From: Candidatus Parcubacteria bacterium
GTDB lineage: Bacteria; Patescibacteriota; Minisyncoccia; UBA6257; HR35
NCBI GenBank assembly: GCA_026004535.1
Contig: BPJI01000002.1
Span: 688-64,687 of the forward strand
DNA: 64,000 nucleotides
Reading direction: 5' to 3'
Part shown: piece by piece, positions 30,796-41,556 of the stretch
Position numbering within the stretch: position 1 is the stretch's first letter
How the letters are laid out: the number at the start of each line of letters is the position of its first letter
Translations under genes and position numbers: made by a program
Notes under the pieces: generated by a model
What the model was told of the DNA's origin: nothing
What the model saw: the letters and a program-made list of their open reading frames with translations, nothing else
Databases searched by the model: none

Positions 30796-32667
30796 ATGAA
30801 CGAATTAGGATGGAAAAATAATGGAAATGGTGGCGGTGGTGGTAGCGTCAACATATACAGGTCTTTAGATATTTATATTGACACTGTATATGGAGACGAT
30901 ACTACTGCTGAAATTGGCAATTTTGCCAAACCATACAAGACATCAACAAATGTTTTGAGTGATTTAAATAATTATTTGGCATCCAATTCAATAAACAATG
31001 TTTATATTCACGTTAGCGGTTTGGATAACGATTCATTTAGTTTTAACACATCCGTTTTAACTAATGCAGGAAATTTGAATTTTTATTTTAACATATACAA
31101 CAAGATAAATATAACCATTGATTATTCTTCAATCAACACGCAAAAATTTTCATTTGTTTTTACGCCTGAAACAAATAAAATACAAGCAGAAGGATTTGAT
31201 TACTTTACAAACGTTAATATTAATTTTGTTAACGTAAATTCTTTTGAAACCAATATAAATTTTAACAACATATCATTTAATTTGAATTTGAATGGTCAAA
31301 TAAACACAAATCATGTGTTGTCTGTCTTTGTTAAAGATGTTAATTTTGGAAATAGTTACATTTATGATGGCGCAACATATTCGGATATAAAAAAATATTT
31401 TTATATCAATAATTCACAAAATATATACATTGAAGAGTATCTTAATAATATTACTTATTTTGAAAATTTATACGCTGAAAATTGTCAAAATATCACATAC
31501 TACAATGAATTTAATGATAGTTTGTCAATAGATTATTCGTCACCGGGCATCACAATGGAACATATCATTACAAATACCAAAGATTTTAAATACGATAGTA
31601 TATTAGAATACATAGAAATAATGGATATAAGAAATTCAAGTGTAATAATTCCAGAGAAAATAATTTGTAGTACATTTAATTCTCAAAACAGTGATATAAT
31701 ACGATCCGAAACTTTTAAATTAGAAAGCGTTAAATATCCTTTCGTAATTTTAAAGGAATTTAATATCAGCAATACAAAATTGACATATAAACATATGGGA
31801 TTTAACCCGCCTAATTTGATGTCCCCGGAGATAATATTCTACGGAAACATTAAATCAAAAATTCTAAATAGTTACATTGAGTTGGGTTTAAATTATTTTT
31901 TGTTTGATGAAGGAGAAATAAATATATTTAATTCGTCCGTCAACAATCTTTTGTATCCGCAGAAAGAAGTAAATTATGTGATAAAAATATCAGACATTGA
32001 TGATAAAGATATTAACGGGACGGTTTTAAATAATTCGTTTAACGTGCCATTGGGAAGAGCAATCAGGGTAAATGCGGATATAAGAAATTCAAATTTGTAT
32101 TTTTTGGTTAGTGATGATTTTCAACAAACTCCACCTAACAAATATTTTATGATATTCCAAGACATGTGGGAAGAAAACAGATATACGGGATATATTGACA
32201 TAAGAAATACGAGTATGATATTTAATAACTTATTGAATATATATAATGATAATTTGATAACATTTACTTTTTCCGAATTTTTCTCACCGCTTGTCAGATT
32301 ATATGATTTTAATACGAACGGATTTGTTAATAATACATTGAATTTATATAGATTTATAGGCGAATCAATACATTGTGTAAGGATTATAGATGGAAATGTT
32401 CCCAACAATGTAAATATAAGAAAAGAGGATTATCTGATATATGTGGCAAGACCGATTACAATTATGCTGCCTGACTTAACGGGTACAAACTTTAATAATA
32501 AAACATATACCATTAAAAACATTAACACATCCGAACCCATTACAATACAGGCAACAGGCGGGATACAAATAGACGGTGTGTCGTCATATAACTTGTTGCC
32601 AAACGAATCCATAACTTTGCAATATGTGGATTATCTAAATAAATATCTGATAATAAATAAGTTTTAG
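30796..32667 (+). CDS. Spike/receptor-binding-like protein (beta-helix plus C-terminal fibre-type domain)
   Basis: IYIDTVYGDDTT..GNFAKPYKT beta-helix cap, N/I-rich repeats, C-terminal TIMLP..YTIKN..ITIQ..IDG..NESITL. Confidence 0.55.
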   Translation: MNELGWKNNGNGGGGGSVNIYRSLDIYIDTVYGDDTTAEIGNFAKPYKTSTNVLSDLNNYLASNSINNVYIHVSGLDNDSFSFNTSVLTNAGNLNFYFNIYNKINITIDYSSINTQKFSFVFTPETNKIQAEGFDYFTNVNINFVNVNSFETNINFNNISFNLNLNGQINTNHVLSVFVKDVNFGNSYIYDGATYSDIKKYFYINNSQNIYIEEYLNNITYFENLYAENCQNITYYNEFNDSLSIDYSSPGITMEHIITNTKDFKYDSILEYIEIMDIRNSSVIIPEKIICSTFNSQNSDIIRSETFKLESVKYPFVILKEFNISNTKLTYKHMGFNPPNLMSPEIIFYGNIKSKILNSYIELGLNYFLFDEGEINIFNSSVNNLLYPQKEVNYVIKISDIDDKDINGTVLNNSFNVPLGRAIRVNADIRNSNLYFLVSDDFQQTPPNKYFMIFQDMWEENRYTGYIDIRNTSMIFNNLLNIYNDNLITFTFSEFFSPLVRLYDFNTNGFVNNTLNLYRFIGESIHCVRIIDGNVPNNVNIRKEDYLIYVARPITIMLPDLTGTNFNNKTYTIKNINTSEPITIQATGGIQIDGVSSYNLLPNESITLQYVDYLNKYLIINKF

Positions 32668-32682
32668 GAAATAAATGAAAAT

Positions 32683-33456
32683 ATGAACGTTTTTGATATA
32701 AATTGGTTTAATAATCATCCGAATTTAGTACTTAACAAAGGTCAAAAAGTATATTTGGATGATAGAGTTCATTACAAAATAGGAGACGGCGTGACGCCGT
32801 TAAGCCAATTAAATTGGAGAAAAGACATAAAATTATTTAACGAAGGATTAGATGATGTATCTTTTAAATATGGATATGATACAGCATCCGGCAGAATTTT
32901 AAGAATACCCATGAATGCAACAAGAAAATCAAATATTGATTTTGCGAATATAGATTATCCATTTTTCATTCCTGTTACCATACAAAGAAGAATCAATATA
33001 AGAAATATTGCAATCAGAATCCAATCAATAAATACAAATGCAAGTAAACCGTTCCACTCTGTAGAAATGGCTTTCTATAAAATTGACGCAAGTATAAGCA
33101 ATAGTAGATATTTGAATCTCAATAAATTAGGAAATTCGGAAATCATAAATATTTCTGCCGCAGGCATTTATTCTTTCGGTTCATTAACTTTCAACAATTT
33201 GGACACAGGAAATTATGCTGTCGGAATATTGTTTGGCAAACAAGGGAAGGCGATATCAATAAACCCGTTGGTGGTATCTATTTCGTATGATTTTAGTTTG
33301 TTTGGCAATAATGGAGAGTTTATTGTAATAATGGACAACACATTAACAACTTTTAATAATTTGCCGGACAGTTATTCATACGATATGTCTATTGTAAATA
33401 ATTCAATTAACGCAAACGTTCCTTTCGTTTTGATAAGATATGATTTAGTAACATAA
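32683..33456 (+). CDS. Receptor-binding-like protein with hyaluronidase/Mtd N-terminal-type motif
   Basis: NHPNLVLNKGQ...HYKIGDGVTPLSQL followed by a beta-sandwich region. Confidence 0.5.
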   Translation: MNVFDINWFNNHPNLVLNKGQKVYLDDRVHYKIGDGVTPLSQLNWRKDIKLFNEGLDDVSFKYGYDTASGRILRIPMNATRKSNIDFANIDYPFFIPVTIQRRINIRNIAIRIQSINTNASKPFHSVEMAFYKIDASISNSRYLNLNKLGNSEIINISAAGIYSFGSLTFNNLDTGNYAVGILFGKQGKAISINPLVVSISYDFSLFGNNGEFIVIMDNTLTTFNNLPDSYSYDMSIVNNSINANVPFVLIRYDLVT

Positions 33457-33480
33457 TTAGTAACATAAATATAAACAATT

Positions 33481-34155
33481 ATGGCAATTTATCCGAATAT
33501 ACCAATTTATTATTATGACAATCATAATTATTATTCAATTTTTGATAAATATTTTTTTGATGAACAATTAGAAAGCGGCACTCTTGTAAGTGATTTTACT
33601 TTAATTACAAACTTAAAAAAGTTAATAAATGATATAAGTGAATTTAATATAAGTTACGAAGAGATAAGATATATATTAAAAAAATGGTACGAAGAAAATG
33701 CGAATGCAAACAATACAACAAACATAGAGCAAAATAAAGAAATACTCTGCAGATACAAGATTGTTGACAGAACGGAAATAATAAACTATTTTGGAGAGTT
33801 AATGGCTTATGAAATACTTCAAGAATTTGAATACAATTCAAGGCAGTGTAGGATGAAGGCATATAGTTTTGGTGAAAGTATTATTCGTTCATGGGTGTCG
33901 GATATTGATATGATAAATATATTTAACGCCATTTCGCAATATAAATTAGATTTTTATTACAAAGAATATGGGATACACGGAAAAAACTACAATGACTTGG
34001 TTGCAGGTATTATGGACTTTATCGAAGGCACAAATGAATTTACAGGTTCGGGCATTGTGGATATGAATCTGACATTTAAATTAGAAGGCAAAGATAAACC
34101 GCAACTCATTGCAAAATTGAAGCAGTATTTGTGGGAATTTAATTTTAGAAGTTAA
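33481..34155 (+). CDS. Hypothetical protein (possible spike chaperone)
   Basis: 224-aa ORF after the spike-like genes. Confidence 0.6.
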   Translation: MAIYPNIPIYYYDNHNYYSIFDKYFFDEQLESGTLVSDFTLITNLKKLINDISEFNISYEEIRYILKKWYEENANANNTTNIEQNKEILCRYKIVDRTEIINYFGELMAYEILQEFEYNSRQCRMKAYSFGESIIRSWVSDIDMINIFNAISQYKLDFYYKEYGIHGKNYNDLVAGIMDFIEGTNEFTGSGIVDMNLTFKLEGKDKPQLIAKLKQYLWEFNFRS

Positions 34156-34172
34156 CATTAAAACATATAATT

Positions 34173-34715
34173 ATGAAAATGATTGAAAACATACAATTAG
34201 AAACAAATTTTTGGCTTTATGAATTCTTACATTCTGATATTGCCGAAAGATTTCCAGATATAAAGAAAAAACAATTCAATCCACCTAAAAGCGTTTTGGA
34301 AGAGTTAAAATTAACCGCACAAATGATGCAGAGAATAAGAGATTTATGCACCAGACACATAGATAACAAAATTGTTATACATATTACATCGGGATACAGA
34401 TGCCCTGATTTGAACAAAATAATAAGTAAAAGTAAAACATCAGACCATATGTTTGGCAGGGCTGCCGATTTTGTCATGTATAAAGACGGACAAGTAATAA
34501 AAGATTGTGATAAAATTAAGTATTTATATCAGTTGATTATGACGCATATAAGTTATTATCAATTGATAAAAGAGTATGGCACACGTTCCGTTCCGGCGTG
34601 GACCCATATATCACAAAGAGTGAATAAGAATCAAAATATTAAACAAAATTTGGAAATAGGGCAACATACAAAAAATAATTACGTAATTTTGGATATGAAT
34701 AAATGGAAATGCTAA
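34173..34715 (+). CDS. Peptidase M15A endolysin
   Basis: NFWLYEF, ITSGYRCPDLN, SDHMFGRAADF, WTHIS. Confidence 0.85.
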   Translation: MKMIENIQLETNFWLYEFLHSDIAERFPDIKKKQFNPPKSVLEELKLTAQMMQRIRDLCTRHIDNKIVIHITSGYRCPDLNKIISKSKTSDHMFGRAADFVMYKDGQVIKDCDKIKYLYQLIMTHISYYQLIKEYGTRSVPAWTHISQRVNKNQNIKQNLEIGQHTKNNYVILDMNKWKC

Positions 34716-34724
34716 ATTGAGATT

Positions 34725-35111
34725 ATGACAAAATTAGGTAAGTTTATTAGAATATTGCATTTATTCTTGTATTTTATAGGCAGTTTTGCTGCAAGAGTAA
34801 AGTTGCATAATTACACCCTTGCCTCTATTTTGCATATTGCTTTTAATATAGTTCTTGTAATTTTATTTTTGAATAATCTTAAAGAAATTACAGGGATATT
34901 AAAAGAATTTATATCACCACAGCATACGTTTATAATCTTTTTTTTAATTTTAGCCGCATATAATATTTTTTTTGTTTTTGTTTACAGGAGAAATTTTTTT
35001 GAAAACACATATAGTGAGTTTGATATAAATATCGGGATTTCCGACAAAAATAATGAGAAAAAATCAGATGATGAATTTGAGGAGAAAAAATCAGAAAATA
35101 ATGCAGGTTAA
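34725..35111 (+). CDS. Putative holin
   Basis: 2-3 TM helices, charged tail, adjacent to the endolysin. Confidence 0.45.
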   Translation: MTKLGKFIRILHLFLYFIGSFAARVKLHNYTLASILHIAFNIVLVILFLNNLKEITGILKEFISPQHTFIIFFLILAAYNIFFVFVYRRNFFENTYSEFDINIGISDKNNEKKSDDEFEEKKSENNAG

Positions 35112-35146
35112 GAATATTGAGAATAAGAATATAAATATTAAGAATT

Positions 35147-35542
35147 ATGAAATTAGGAAGACCAAAGGGCTACGAATACTTTGGGCTGAAGTTTCGTAGC
35201 AAAGTTGAAGCATATTTTTTTGCGAAAATAATGAACACCGGTGCGTATGTAGTAAGATACCAACATTTTATTGTAATGAAAGGATTTATTTATAGGCAAG
35301 AAAAAATAAAACCTATAAAAGTAAAAGTGGATTATGTGATATACAAGAATAAGAAAAAAGATGTAAAAGACATAATTGCTATGGTTCATTACGGTAGAAT
35401 GGACAGTAATGATAAGGCGTTATTGTTTCAATATATGAAACTCTCAAACATTACTCCGCCATTATTAAAATTAGAAACAAAAAGTGAAGTGGATATTTTT
35501 TGCGAAAAAATAGAAAAAGTTTTAGGGAAAAAAATAAATTAA
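35147..35542 (+). CDS. DUF1064-like nuclease-fold protein, possibly degenerate
   Basis: GLKFRSKVEA...KPIKVKVDYVIY. Confidence 0.45.
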   Translation: MKLGRPKGYEYFGLKFRSKVEAYFFAKIMNTGAYVVRYQHFIVMKGFIYRQEKIKPIKVKVDYVIYKNKKKDVKDIIAMVHYGRMDSNDKALLFQYMKLSNITPPLLKLETKSEVDIFCEKIEKVLGKKIN

Positions 35543-35593
35543 TTTAAAATAATAATAATAAATTTGTGTTTAAATTATTAAAATGATATAACT

Positions 35594-36226
35594 ATGGAAG
35601 AATTAGTATTAGATTTACAACAAGTTCCTGTTTTGAACGATATTTATGTGAACATTGCGACCATTAAAGAATATTTAATAAAAGATGGTTTGTGCAGGAT
35701 TAAAACAAACTATGGTGTTTGTTATTTAGAGGAAAAGTATTTTAACAGCGATATGGAATCCTTACCTATTATTCAATTCCCAAGACCTATAAACGAGTTA
35801 AACAAAAAAACAGGTAAAGATGGATGCGTTTATATGTTTAATAAGATTTTGCCAATTATAAATACAAATTTGATACTATCTAAACCTGATGCCAAATACT
35901 TTAATTATTATAGTTTTATTGGCAATAAAGAGGGTGATAGCATAAGATTTGACGAAATAGTCAAATTATTGGATGTTATTACACAAAGGCAGGGGAAAAG
36001 TTTGGTTTACAAGATATGTTTTATGCTGTTTAAATTTAATGATATGAAGGTGGATGATATTGTTACATACTTTAATTACAGATATGATGATAGTTTAGGT
36101 TGTTTTGATATTAGTTTTGGGATAAAATATCAAGAATATGAGCATGAGCCAAGTATTAAGATATATTCTAATAAAGAAATATTGTTAAATTACATAAAAA
36201 GTTTTAAATTTGTGAAAAGTAACTAA
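35594..36226 (+). CDS. Hypothetical protein
   Basis: 210-aa ORF; TAAATTTG at 35559-35566. Confidence 0.65.
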   Translation: MEELVLDLQQVPVLNDIYVNIATIKEYLIKDGLCRIKTNYGVCYLEEKYFNSDMESLPIIQFPRPINELNKKTGKDGCVYMFNKILPIINTNLILSKPDAKYFNYYSFIGNKEGDSIRFDEIVKLLDVITQRQGKSLVYKICFMLFKFNDMKVDDIVTYFNYRYDDSLGCFDISFGIKYQEYEHEPSIKIYSNKEILLNYIKSFKFVKSN

Positions 36227-36228
36227 AT

Positions 36229-36435
36229 ATGGCAAAACAAAAGGTTAAATATGGTGTTTGTCATGTATGCTATATCGTAGATGGGATAAAGGAGAAAAAA
36301 CATTTACGCTATTGTCCTGTTTGTGATGCTTATATTTGTGTGGAGTGTTTCGGAAACTTGCCAAAAAGAGCATTGGCGGCGGTAAAAAAGCCGTTTTTGA
36401 CAAAAGAGCAAAAAAACTTTTTAAAAAATAACTAA
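36229..36435 (+). CDS. Small Cys-rich zinc-finger protein
   Basis: CHVC...CPVCDAYICVEC. Confidence 0.6.
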   Translation: MAKQKVKYGVCHVCYIVDGIKEKKHLRYCPVCDAYICVECFGNLPKRALAAVKKPFLTKEQKNFLKNN

Positions 36436-36452
36436 AACTTAAAACTACATAT

Positions 36453-37634
36453 ATGGAAGAGGTCATATTAAAAAATTTAAAATTACAAATATCAAAAGAT
36501 TCTTTAGAAGCGCTATTCGGAGAAGATTATAATAAAGTTTACAAAGATAAAGACAACATATATGCAAGAACTTTGGCAGGGCATATTAATACCGCAATAA
36601 AATTAAGTAACACATTGAAAGATTATTTGGATAAAATGCAAAAATATGATAAAGATTATAAATTGTATAATAAAATATCAAAAGAATACTATCTTTATTA
36701 CACGCTAATAGGTGGATACCTTATGATGTTGAAACTGTTAAAAGATGGGATGTCCAAAGAAGAATTTATTAAAGAGTTCCCCGACACTAAATTGTCAAAC
36801 ATAATAAAAGAAAACACCGGTTTAAAATTAGATGTGCAGAAGTTGAACGACATATTAAACAGGTTTAATAAAGTGTTGATTAGTGAGAGATTTGATAAAG
36901 ATGAGAGTGTTGATTTGTTTATTAAGTATGCAAACGAAATTATTAACCAAAGAGGTGGCGTAAGCGAGGTTAAAGAAACTGTATCAGATACAGAAACTAT
37001 TGAAGAGAAATTGGAAGAATTACAAGAGGCAGAACAAGAATTGGAGCAAGAGGCAGAAAAAGAGGCGGAGCAAGAAACAGAGACAGAAAAAGAAGCAGAT
37101 AAAAGTAAGAGCGTATCAAGAGAGTATCAGGATGAAATTAAAACCGTCATTTATGATATAAAAGAAGGCAGAGAGGAGTTTTTCAATGCTTTGATTGAGA
37201 AGGTTAATGAAGAAGATGATGACGTATTTGTAAACTTTAATGTTTTGAAACATGTATTAGAAGCAATTCAATATGAAGATTTAAATGTTATAGACATAGT
37301 AAAAGAAATTATTGAAGAGAAAATTGATAATGTAAGAAAAGAATATGATAAAAAAATATCAGAACTGACGAAAAAAATTGAAATGCAACAAAAGGTAATT
37401 CAGGAACTTTCAAAATTGTTGAATGAACACGTAAAAATTACAAAGGAAATTAATGAAAAATTGAATCAGGTTAATCAAAAAACAGAAAAAGTTAAAATGG
37501 TAGTTGAATATAAGGCAGAAGGAAAAAAACCAGAAGAAAAACAAGAAACAATAAAAAAACCATCTGTAAAAAGAAGAATAAGTTTTATCAGCAAAGACGA
37601 ATATACACGTGGAAGCACACGGGGACGTATATAA
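36453..37634 (+). CDS. Glu-rich coiled-coil protein
   Basis: EQELEQEAEKEAEQE repeats, heptads. Confidence 0.7.
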   Translation: MEEVILKNLKLQISKDSLEALFGEDYNKVYKDKDNIYARTLAGHINTAIKLSNTLKDYLDKMQKYDKDYKLYNKISKEYYLYYTLIGGYLMMLKLLKDGMSKEEFIKEFPDTKLSNIIKENTGLKLDVQKLNDILNRFNKVLISERFDKDESVDLFIKYANEIINQRGGVSEVKETVSDTETIEEKLEELQEAEQELEQEAEKEAEQETETEKEADKSKSVSREYQDEIKTVIYDIKEGREEFFNALIEKVNEEDDDVFVNFNVLKHVLEAIQYEDLNVIDIVKEIIEEKIDNVRKEYDKKISELTKKIEMQQKVIQELSKLLNEHVKITKEINEKLNQVNQKTEKVKMVVEYKAEGKKPEEKQETIKKPSVKRRISFISKDEYTRGSTRGRI

Positions 37635-37676
37635 ATTATAAATAAATAATAAAACAAACAATAAAATCTAAACATT

Positions 37677-38177
37677 ATGAGAAGGAATTATAAATTCATA
37701 CAGCACAAAAAATCTAATCATCTATACGTATTTGTGCCTACAGGAAACCGTGAAACTAAAACCATCGGTTATCTAATGCAGGTTAAAATTAAAGACAACA
37801 AATTTGAAGGAGTATTAAGTTTTAAACCTTGCGAATATAATGAAGCGGATTATGTTGAATTGGATAAAAATGACCCACGTTTCAAAGATTTGTTGGAAAT
37901 TGACTATATGTTTACAGATATTCAAGCATTGATTAGATTGGCTGATAGCAGAAAAATTAAAAAAACAGAACAAGAAAAGGTTCAGAAAGATGATGTCAAT
38001 AACAATGAAGTAGAAACAAAAGAAGTTGATTTGACAGATAGCAAAGAAAGTGAAAAAGAAACCGAAGAAAATGAAAAAATAGATGAGTCAATGAGCAGCG
38101 AAGTAGATTCAAAGGAAAATAAAAAAAGCGTAACAAAAAAAAGAACGAGCAAAAAGAAAAATACTTCCAAAAAGTAA
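37677..38177 (+). CDS. Hypothetical protein with charged disordered tail
   Basis: 166-aa ORF. Confidence 0.65.
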   Translation: MRRNYKFIQHKKSNHLYVFVPTGNRETKTIGYLMQVKIKDNKFEGVLSFKPCEYNEADYVELDKNDPRFKDLLEIDYMFTDIQALIRLADSRKIKKTEQEKVQKDDVNNNEVETKEVDLTDSKESEKETEENEKIDESMSSEVDSKENKKSVTKKRTSKKKNTSKK

Positions 38178-38213
38178 AAAAAAAGAAATATAACTAATAA
38201 AAAATTAATAATT

Positions 38214-39305
38214 ATGGAAACAATTGTAACAAGAGTAAATTTGATTAATTACATTAAAGAGTGCAAAAAAGTAAACATTCCAAACAGGAATAAGTTTTTG
38301 CTTTATATTTCAGAATTGTATAAAGCCATTGAGCGTTCAGAAGAAGGAATGGTATATGAAGAGAACGAGCAATGGATAAGTGAAATTGGAAAAGATAAAA
38401 ATTTAGTAAAAGACATAAATGAACGTTTTGGATATAACATTTACAAAGATGTTGTAACAGACATAGATAGTATCAATGAAAGATTGAATGAGTTGACAGA
38501 CGAAATTGATAACGCTTCGTATTCAAGTGATGACAGCATATTAAAAGAGTATAATTGTGAGAGTTATCAAAAGTTGTATAATGAATTTATTGAGAAAACC
38601 GAAGTGTTATTTAATGAAATTATTGAGGTGAATAAAAAAATTGACAGAATGAAAAAAGAATATGAAGACATAACCGGCGAGAATAAAGAAGAAGAAGAAG
38701 TGAAGGAAGTTGATGAGGTAAAAGTTAATAAGGGGGAAAATAAAGAAAACAATCTTGTAAAAGATGAAGATGAAGAGGTAAAGGAAGTTGATAGTGAAAT
38801 TGACGACGAGAATGAGGACGATGAGGATTATGAGGGCGATGAAGACGATGAAACCATTGAGGATGAATTGGAAGACGGGAGCGATGATGAAAATAATGAT
38901 ATTAAAACTTCGAGGGAGCAGGTTGATTTTAGAAATCAATTCCTACCAAAAATAAACAAATTTGACAAATCAAAATCTGAAAAAAGCGAGTTAAAAGAAA
39001 AAAATTCTTCATTTGTAATAATGGCATTTAATATTAGCGATAAAAATGAAGAAAACAAACAAGATGCTGTAAAAAAAGCAGGTCTATTAGCGGGTTCGGA
39101 ACAAAATAAAGACAGCCATGATATAGATATAAATAAAAAGAATGCTTTATTAAATCACTTCAAAAAATTTCCATTCATTTACGAAGAAGATTTAGTTAAA
39201 TTTGGCAAAATAAATGAGAAAAAAAGCGGATTGTTTTCCAAAGTGTATGTTTGTCAGGGAATAGAATTAAAAAAGAAAGGCAATAAATATTTTATGAGCA
39301 AATAA
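38214..39305 (+). CDS. Acidic coiled-coil protein
   Basis: D/E tract DDENEDDEDYEGDEDDE. Confidence 0.7.
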   Translation: METIVTRVNLINYIKECKKVNIPNRNKFLLYISELYKAIERSEEGMVYEENEQWISEIGKDKNLVKDINERFGYNIYKDVVTDIDSINERLNELTDEIDNASYSSDDSILKEYNCESYQKLYNEFIEKTEVLFNEIIEVNKKIDRMKKEYEDITGENKEEEEVKEVDEVKVNKGENKENNLVKDEDEEVKEVDSEIDDENEDDEDYEGDEDDETIEDELEDGSDDENNDIKTSREQVDFRNQFLPKINKFDKSKSEKSELKEKNSSFVIMAFNISDKNEENKQDAVKKAGLLAGSEQNKDSHDIDINKKNALLNHFKKFPFIYEEDLVKFGKINEKKSGLFSKVYVCQGIELKKKGNKYFMSK

Positions 39306-39306
39306 A

Positions 39307-39831
39307 ATGACCGGTCGTGCCGAAAATCTTACCAAAATTTACCTATTATCATCTATATTGATGTTTGTTTCGTCCTATTTTTTTTATTATGTCGTAAATG
39401 TAAAATATAAAGGCATAAAAAGCAATAAGGATAATAAAGAGCCGTTATTTCCTTTAGATAAGAAAATCGTAACTTCTAAATTTGGTTTTAGAATACATCC
39501 AAAATATAAAATACCGAAATTCCACAATGGCGCCGATTATGCAGGCAAAACGGGAGATAAGATATATGCAAGTGATGATGGTATTGTTATAGATAAATTT
39601 TACAATAACGCAGGTGGAAATCAGTTAATAATACAATATCCCAATTTGAAAAATTTAAAATTCGGATATGCCCACCTTAATAAAATATACGTGGAGAAAG
39701 GCGAAAAAGTCAAACGAGGTCAAGTTATCGCAGAGGTTGGAAATACAGGCGTCTCAACAGGTTCACATCTACATTTGACAATAAAAGATTCAAATGGTGT
39801 TTATATTGACCCGGAATCTATATTTGCATAA
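39307..39831 (+). CDS. Membrane-anchored M23 peptidase
   Basis: N-terminal TM; TSKFG.R.HP, HNGAD, YAHL, VKRGQVIA.VGNTG.STG.HLH. Confidence 0.9.
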   Translation: MTGRAENLTKIYLLSSILMFVSSYFFYYVVNVKYKGIKSNKDNKEPLFPLDKKIVTSKFGFRIHPKYKIPKFHNGADYAGKTGDKIYASDDGIVIDKFYNNAGGNQLIIQYPNLKNLKFGYAHLNKIYVEKGEKVKRGQVIAEVGNTGVSTGSHLHLTIKDSNGVYIDPESIFA

Positions 39832-39857
39832 AATTTAAAAGATAAAAATTAAAGCAT

Positions 39858-41186
39858 ATGGAAAATATAAATGATGAAATCAAAAATGATATTCAAGAAG
39901 ACATTTTAAAGGAAATTCAAAGTCAGTTGGCAAATAAAACGCCGGAAATATCGTCCGATGATTATTTGGATGATGATGTTTCGGAAATAGATGACAATTA
40001 TGATGATGAAAATGATACAGATATAGATAATAGTGAAGAATTTGAAGATGGTGAAGTGATTGAAGAGAGTGCGGAAGAAGTATCAAATTTCAATCAATTT
40101 GCCGAGCCGTCAAAAGACATTCCAAATATAGATTATTCTAAATATTCAGAAGGTTCGCAGGTATATTTAAGCCCTGAAAAGATTGAAAAAAATGCAAGAA
40201 AAACTGCAGAGACAATTGTCGTAATTGGTGTTTCTAATTTAGAGAAGATTGCCAAGAGTATAGCGAAATTTAATTTAATAAAAATGGAGTCGTGGCATAT
40301 AAACGGCAAAATTGATATAGATGCCAAAATTAAGGACTCTGATGGTGATATTATTACGGCAAGAGAGTATATGGCAGAGTTTAATGAGAAGGTTGATACT
40401 ATAATTAGTTTAGATAAGGACTTAAAAGAAGGTTTGTATGACTCTATTTATGAGTTGGCCAAAGAAAGTAAGACAGGTGGTTTAACTGCTTCGCAAAGAT
40501 TGATGTTATATGGAGTAGCGGGATTGTTGGATGTGGGAGAAAAAACAATTATGCTTACGCAAATGAAACACGAGTTTATTAATATGTTGAAAAGACAAAA
40601 AGCAGAAAAAGAACAAGAAAATTTGCATACCGACACTTCATTCAACCCGGATATGGAAGAAAGCATGTTGGAAAAAATAATAGAAGAAAAAACCAAAATG
40701 GATATGCAAAGTGAGAGAGATATAGAGTCAATGAACAATCGTGATTTGGATTTGGATGAAATAAGGGCAAATGTTGAAAAACAACAATCACAATTCAAAC
40801 AAAATAGTGTTGACGATAAAGAAGAAGTTTTTGATGCGAATGAATTTAATACTATCATAGAAGATGATTTTGCTGACATTGACTTGCCAAATGGTCAAAG
40901 TATAAATATAAATGAAATAGATATTGAAGATGAAATTGATAATAATGAAAATAATGATGAAGATGATGAAGTTATCTATGTGCCGAAAGAAAATAGTGAA
41001 GACACACAAGACGATTTTACGGATTTAGAGATTAAAAAGGACAAAAAGAAAAATAAAAAGAACGATGATGATGAGATAGGCAATTTTGATATAAGTAGGA
41101 ATATGCCGAGCGATTTAAGTAATTTTGAGAGTGAAGAAGGCGAACCTAAACGCAGGAGAGGTCGTCCCAGAAAAGAAATAAAATGA
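39858..41186 (+). CDS. Highly acidic protein with C-terminal AT-hook
   Basis: D/E-rich termini; ends PKRRRGRPRKEIK. Confidence 0.7.
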   Translation: MENINDEIKNDIQEDILKEIQSQLANKTPEISSDDYLDDDVSEIDDNYDDENDTDIDNSEEFEDGEVIEESAEEVSNFNQFAEPSKDIPNIDYSKYSEGSQVYLSPEKIEKNARKTAETIVVIGVSNLEKIAKSIAKFNLIKMESWHINGKIDIDAKIKDSDGDIITAREYMAEFNEKVDTIISLDKDLKEGLYDSIYELAKESKTGGLTASQRLMLYGVAGLLDVGEKTIMLTQMKHEFINMLKRQKAEKEQENLHTDTSFNPDMEESMLEKIIEEKTKMDMQSERDIESMNNRDLDLDEIRANVEKQQSQFKQNSVDDKEEVFDANEFNTIIEDDFADIDLPNGQSININEIDIEDEIDNNENNDEDDEVIYVPKENSEDTQDDFTDLEIKKDKKKNKKNDDDEIGNFDISRNMPSDLSNFESEEGEPKRRRGRPRKEIK

Positions 41187-41253
41187 TTGATAATGAAGAA
41201 AATATTTAACAGCAGAGAATTTTGATTGTTTATATTAATAATATTGATAGTTA

Positions 41254-41556
41254 TTGATATTTGCTGTGTCTATTTTTAAAATTTATTATGTGAGTGATTT
41301 AAAAAGCGTAAATAAAGAAATATTGCAAATAAAAGACAGTTTGTATAAATACACACTTGAAAGAGAAATTGAAAGCAAAAATTTAAGAGACACAATTAAG
41401 ATCATAGAAAAACAAATATACTTTAACAACAGGATATATGAAAAACAAATTATACAGATTGACACGATTACATCTATTGATACTATTTTTAACAATATAT
41501 ATTCATACATATTGTCAAAGCGATACATTGACGTCTATAAAGATAGGAATAAATGA
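41254..41556 (+). CDS. Possible spanin-like protein (5' end uncertain)
   Basis: Hydrophobic N-terminus plus coiled coil, overlaps the next ORF. Confidence 0.35.
   Translation: MIFAVSIFKIYYVSDLKSVNKEILQIKDSLYKYTLEREIESKNLRDTIKIIEKQIYFNNRIYEKQIIQIDTITSIDTIFNNIYSYILSKRYIDVYKDRNK

Noticed and set aside
32683-33456. Diversity-generating retroelement target
   Set aside because: No reverse transcriptase and no TR/VR repeat pair seen in the window
41183-41260. Stop-codon recoding (alternative genetic code) suggested by broken 5' ends here and at 53549
   Set aside because: Long genes are intact under code 11 and end in TAA, TAG and TGA; isolated breaks are better explained by decay or error
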